Made by a program: the position numbers and the translations under genes. Below, piece by piece: positions 61,698 to 64,000 of a stretch of DNA of 64,000 nucleotides. The notes beneath the pieces were generated by a model, which was not told the DNA's origin, did not search any database, and worked only from the letters and a program-made list of their open reading frames with translations. Source of the DNA: Octopus sinensis. Taxonomy: Eukaryota. Numbering within the stretch: the first letter of the stretch is position 1; every line of letters starts with the position of its first letter. The DNA lies in contig NC_043000.1 of the NCBI RefSeq assembly GCF_006345805.1, positions 21,080,001-21,144,000 of the forward strand, in the 5' to 3' direction.

Positions 61698-62778
61698 TAT
61701 TCAATCAACCAATCAACATTTATATCGGCAGGTAAATTACAGGCTAAAACGCAAACCTTCGTATATATCATGTTTATTGGTGGCCACAACCCTTTGTGAT
61801 GTAAAATACTTTTAAATAATAACCATACATACAGAAGTACTCTTTTGTTTTCATTTATTGACTTTTTCTTTAATACTGAATTAAAATGTTTCTTCTAATG
61901 ATGGAATGAGAACGAGATGTAATGGGAACGAGATCTAATGATGTAATGGGTAAATAACGAAAGTAACTACCATGGTTCTATTTTCTGTAAGGAATTTTGC
62001 TTTTTATATTAAAAAAGAATATAACGGTTCAGAAGAAGAGAAAGAGCAGCGATGCTCTCCTTTGTAGGGATTTTGAGACTAATAGTGAGAAGGAAAAACG
62101 AAGAATGCATTGGTTGCTTTAGTAGAAGGTAAAGCAGCAAGATGTCATGTCGGAAAATCGATTGGAATACTTCCAACAGGGTGGATCCTGATAACGGCAC
62201 CCGAAGGTCAAGAAGTGGTATTAAACCAAGCGATGTATACTGAATAGATAGATTAAGTCTATATCCCGTGAGGCAGTCAATGGATGAACTCTATATAACA
62301 TGACTCTTTTTCTCTTTTCGTTCATAGTTATTAGTGTGGTTATATTTTACAAAAAAAAACATTTCGGTATGTACCGACATTGATATCATATTTAAATCTC
62401 TAATTGATAGACGTTTGCAATGACTCTTCTTAATAAAGTTTAAGCATCACCAGTCATAGAATAAACAGATAGACAAATGGGATTGATACACATTTTGGAA
62501 GAAAAACAAATTTGATTGGGGCGATAGCAGAACAATAGCTCGTAGTATGTTGTAAAAATAAATCAGCTTGATAATGAGACTGATGAGACCCAGTTATGCT
62601 GAAATCGTAATGCATTCCTGAGTTCAGTAATGGTGTGAATGAGATTGACTTCATATCACTCATTCAACTGATTTGTAACAACTACAAAGTTATGCAGATA
62701 CTGAAGAAGTTCATTTCATAGTCACATGTCACTTCATAGTGAAATGCTTCTTGCGAGAAGTATTTGTGAATTTGGGAG

Positions 62779-63080
62779 ACCATTGTGAATGTGCAACGGT
62801 GCATGGACATGTAAATTAACCATTCAGTAGAGATCCACTAAAATGAATATGAAATGAAAAGAACAGCTGAAAGGAGTGCCCCAGGATGGTCACATCTGGT
62901 AAGAGAACAATAAGTAAAAAGAGGAAACATAAAACTGAGTGACGTTCATTACCTTCTCTAGGTTATTATTGCATAACATGTAGGCACTCCTTTCAGCTGT
63001 TCTTTTCGAGCGTATCATATTCATTTTAGTGGATCTCTACTGAATGGTTAATTTACATGTCTATGCACATTCACAATGGT
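62779..63080. repeat. Long inverted repeat (~100-bp arms, ~100-nt spacer)
   Basis: Arms 62779-62880 and 62983-63080 match apart from two short indels and a few substitutions. Confidence 0.88.
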
Positions 63081-63094
63081 TTTATTCCCTAATA

Positions 63095-63099
63095 TTTAT

Positions 63100-63149
<50 letters not shown>

Positions 63150-63342
63150 TATATATATTCTGTTGTGTCTGGGAGAGTCATTTTCTTTTTGTGTCTGCCT
63201 TAATATATAACACACTCACGGTTAAATTTCCACCTTTTTCTTATTTTTATTTTCCTAAAAATTTCGTTGCGTCTTGCAACCATTTCAATAGTGTGTATGT
63301 GTTTGTGTGTCTGTGTTTACCCCCCTTCCAACATCATATACA

Positions 63343-63400
<58 letters not shown>

Positions 63401-63640
63401 CATATATATATATATAATACATATATATATATATATATTATAATATATATATATATACCTATATATATATATATATATAATATATAATATACTATATAAT
63501 TACATATATTATATATATATATATATATATACCTATTATATATATACAATATATATATATTATATATATATAATATATATATATATCTATACAACATAAT
63601 ATTATATATATATATAATATACATATATATATATACATAT

Positions 63641-63678
<38 letters not shown>

Positions 63679-63686
63679 GATATACA

Positions 63687-63718
<32 letters not shown>

Positions 63719-63877
63719 CATATATATATATAATATATAATATATATATATTATATATATATATACATATATTATTATATATATATATATATATAATATA
63801 TTACATATATATATATCATATATATATATATATATATATATATAGATATACATATATATATATATATATATATCATA

Positions 63878-63956
<79 letters not shown>

Positions 63957-63968
63957 TATATGTATATA

Positions 63969-64000
<32 letters not shown>
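63095..64000. repeat. Very long degenerate (TA)n field
   Basis: TA-dominated apart from 63160-63340; explains the I/Y-rich ORFs. Confidence 0.92.

Overview
AT-rich, microsatellite-saturated, non-genic animal DNA. The SINE families and the density of (TA)n, (CA)n and (GATA)n point to an Octopus genome (recognition and inference, not a database result). No host gene, tRNA, rRNA or CRISPR array is supported; most ORFs in the track are microsatellite or antisense artefacts. The window is mostly transposable-element remains: a 5'-truncated L1/Tx1-clade LINE (~2385-5772); three Penelope-like elements of apparently different clades within ~8 kb (Naiad-type RT, Hydra-type GIY-YIG, near-intact Neptune-type RT+GIY-YIG); RTE, CR1-group, I-group and HERO-like LINE fragments; Chapaev3-like and Tc1/mariner relics; five non-autonomous Helitrons; several foldback MITEs; and over 20 tRNA-derived SINE copies. 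Best leads: (1) the most abundant SINE family appears to carry the 3' tail of the Tx1-like LINE; (2) an HDV-like ribozyme fold at the 5' end of the RTE; (3) minimal hammerhead variants in two Penelope pseudo-LTRs facing each other across one (TA)n; (4) repeated foldback inversions centred on (TA)n; (5) a Helitron 3' end that is a two-way palindrome.
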